Below, in pieces: positions 62,913 through 64,000 of a stretch of DNA of 64,000 nt (its first letter is position 1; the number at the start of each line of letters is the position of its first letter). A model generated the notes under the pieces. The model had not been told where the DNA came from, did no database searches, and was given only the letters and a program-made list of their open reading frames with translations. Location: contig CAZPER010000001.1 in NCBI GenBank assembly GCA_964585655.1, forward strand, positions 11,729-75,728, in the 5' to 3' direction. The position numbers were made by a program, and so were the translations under genes. The DNA is from an uncultured Gemmatimonadaceae bacterium (GTDB lineage Bacteria > Gemmatimonadota > Gemmatimonadetes > Gemmatimonadales > GWC2-71-9).

Positions 62913-64000
62913 ATGGCCGGCCTGCTCGACCGTGAACGGATCATTGCCCAGCCCGGGTTCAACCGCTGGCTGGTGCCGCCGGCGGCCCTGGCGATCCACC
63001 TCTCGATCGGGATGGCGTACGGCTTCAGCGTCTTCTGGCTGCCGCTCAGCAAGGCCATCGGGGTCAACCAGCCGGTCCCCTGCGGGCCGGAGGTCGGATT
63101 CTTCGCGCAGCTGGTGACGACGACCTGCGACTGGAAGATCAGCATGCTGGGGTGGATGTACAGCCTGTTCTTCTTCTTCCTCGGCAGTTCGGCGGCGATC
63201 TTCGGCGGCTGGCTCGAGAAGGTGGGGCCGCGGCGGGCCGGGGTGGTGGCGGCCTTCTGCTGGGGCGGCGGGTTCTTCATCTCCGCGCTTGGCATCAAGA
63301 CCCACCAGCTCTGGCTCATGTGGCTCGGCTCCGGGGTCATCGGCGGCTGCGGCCTCGGCCTGGGATACATCTCGCCGGTCTCCACCCTCATCAAGTGGTT
63401 CCCCGACCGGCGCGGCATGGCCACCGGCATGGCCATCATGGGATTCGGTGGCGGGGCGCTGATCGGCTCGCCGCTGGCGGACATGCTCATGAAGCGGTTC
63501 GCGAGCGCCACCTCGGTGGGCGCCTTCGAGACCTTCCTGACGATGGGCTCCCTCTATTTCGTGGCGATGCTGCTCGGCGCCTTCGGGTACCGCATCCCCC
63601 GGACCGACTGGAAGCCGGCGGGGTGGGTCCCCAAGGTCCAGGCCAACGCCATGGTGACGCGGGGCCACGTCCACGTCCGCAATGCCTGGCGGACCCGGCA
63701 GTTCTGGCTGCTCTGGGCGGTCCTCTGCCTCAACGTCAGTGCCGGGATCGGGGTGATCGGGATGGCCTCGCCGATGATCCAGGAGGTCTTTGGCGGGAAG
63801 CTGATCGGGGTGGCCGGCGGCCTGGCCGACCTCACCACTGACCAGAAGGCGCAGGTGGCCACGATCGGGGCCGCCTTCGCGGCGCTGCTCAGCTTCTTCA
63901 ACATCATGGGCCGGTTCTTCTGGGCCTCGCTCTCCGACTGGCTGGGACGCAAGCGGACCTACGCCATCTTCTTCCTGCTGGGCACCATCCTCTACGCCTC
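62913..64000 (+). CDS. MFS transporter, oxalate/formate antiporter (OFA) family, 3' end outside the window
   Basis: This ORF is not in the track because it has no stop within the window. My own translation gives MAGLLDRERIIAQPGFNRWLVPPAALAIHLSIGMAYGFSVFWLPL ... GLGYISPVSTLIKWFPDRRGMATGMAIMGFGGGALIGSPL. GGAG lies 8 nt upstream. Confidence 0.85.
   Translation, partial: MAGLLDRERIIAQPGFNRWLVPPAALAIHLSIGMAYGFSVFWLPLSKAIGVNQPVPCGPEVGFFAQLVTTTCDWKISMLGWMYSLFFFFLGSSAAIFGGWLEKVGPRRAGVVAAFCWGGGFFISALGIKTHQLWLMWLGSGVIGGCGLGLGYISPVSTLIKWFPDRRGMATGMAIMGFGGGALIGSPLADMLMKRFASATSVGAFETFLTMGSLYFVAMLLGAFGYRIPRTDWKPAGWVPKVQANAMVTRGHVHVRNAWRTRQFWLLWAVLCLNVSAGIGVIGMASPMIQEVFGGKLIGVAGGLADLTTDQKAQVATIGAAFAALLSFFNIMGRFFWASLSDWLGRKRTYAIFFLLGTILYA

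Noticed and set aside
62884-62913. 9-codon uORF (MSAPSPGVP) whose TGA overlaps the MFS transporter ATG
   Set aside because: It has no ribosome-binding site of its own. The overlap is probably coincidental, because the region simply carries the transporter's GGAG Shine-Dalgarno sequence.

Overview
This is a very GC-rich (about 70%) bacterial chromosomal window with dense coding and no rRNA, tRNA, CRISPR array, transposase or integrase that I could recognise by eye. The gene content looks like Gemmatimonadota or Acidobacteriota; that placement is inference only. It rests on ADOP-type duplicated MacB/FtsX permeases, SGDxQ Ig-repeat surface proteins, PD40-propeller/amidohydrolase fusions and many lipoproteins. 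I call about 55 CDS. Starts were re-picked from signal peptides, Shine-Dalgarno sequences and 1-, 4- or 8-nt start/stop overlaps, which are pervasive here. Most very long ORFs in the track are Arg/Pro/Gly-rich antisense shadows and were rejected.

Main blocks:
- 983-7524: a translationally coupled peptidase cluster.
- 15135-34307: a 19-kb co-directional minus-strand string. It encodes a MacA-like adaptor, two ABC ATPases, three tandem ADOP permeases, a DUF4350-like protein, a sigma54-type two-component system and a 1772-aa lipoprotein with four ~233-aa tandem repeats.
- 34685-39629: two paralogous propeller-like lipoproteins followed by a TonB-dependent receptor.
- 40980-43329: cydAB, preceded by a perfect TGTGA-N6-TCACA site.
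- 43399-46563: a DUF1028/POT peptide-uptake operon.
- 48549-54034: a hybrid kinase coupled to GT4, GT2, DUF3108 and an unknown gene.
- 55749-62283: an all-DUF envelope cluster. It holds a split DUF4331, a TPR protein, a DUF6702-like protein, an ECF sigma/anti-sigma pair, DUF1684 and a TlpA-like protein.
- 62310-62843: a sulfocyanin-like cupredoxin whose axial Met position reads Glu.

Nucleotide-level signals include a duplicated hairpin plus AT-rich 21-nt module flanking an HTH operon and uppS, a 22-bp perfect palindrome, and several GC hairpin terminators. All family names come from motif recognition by eye, not from database searches.
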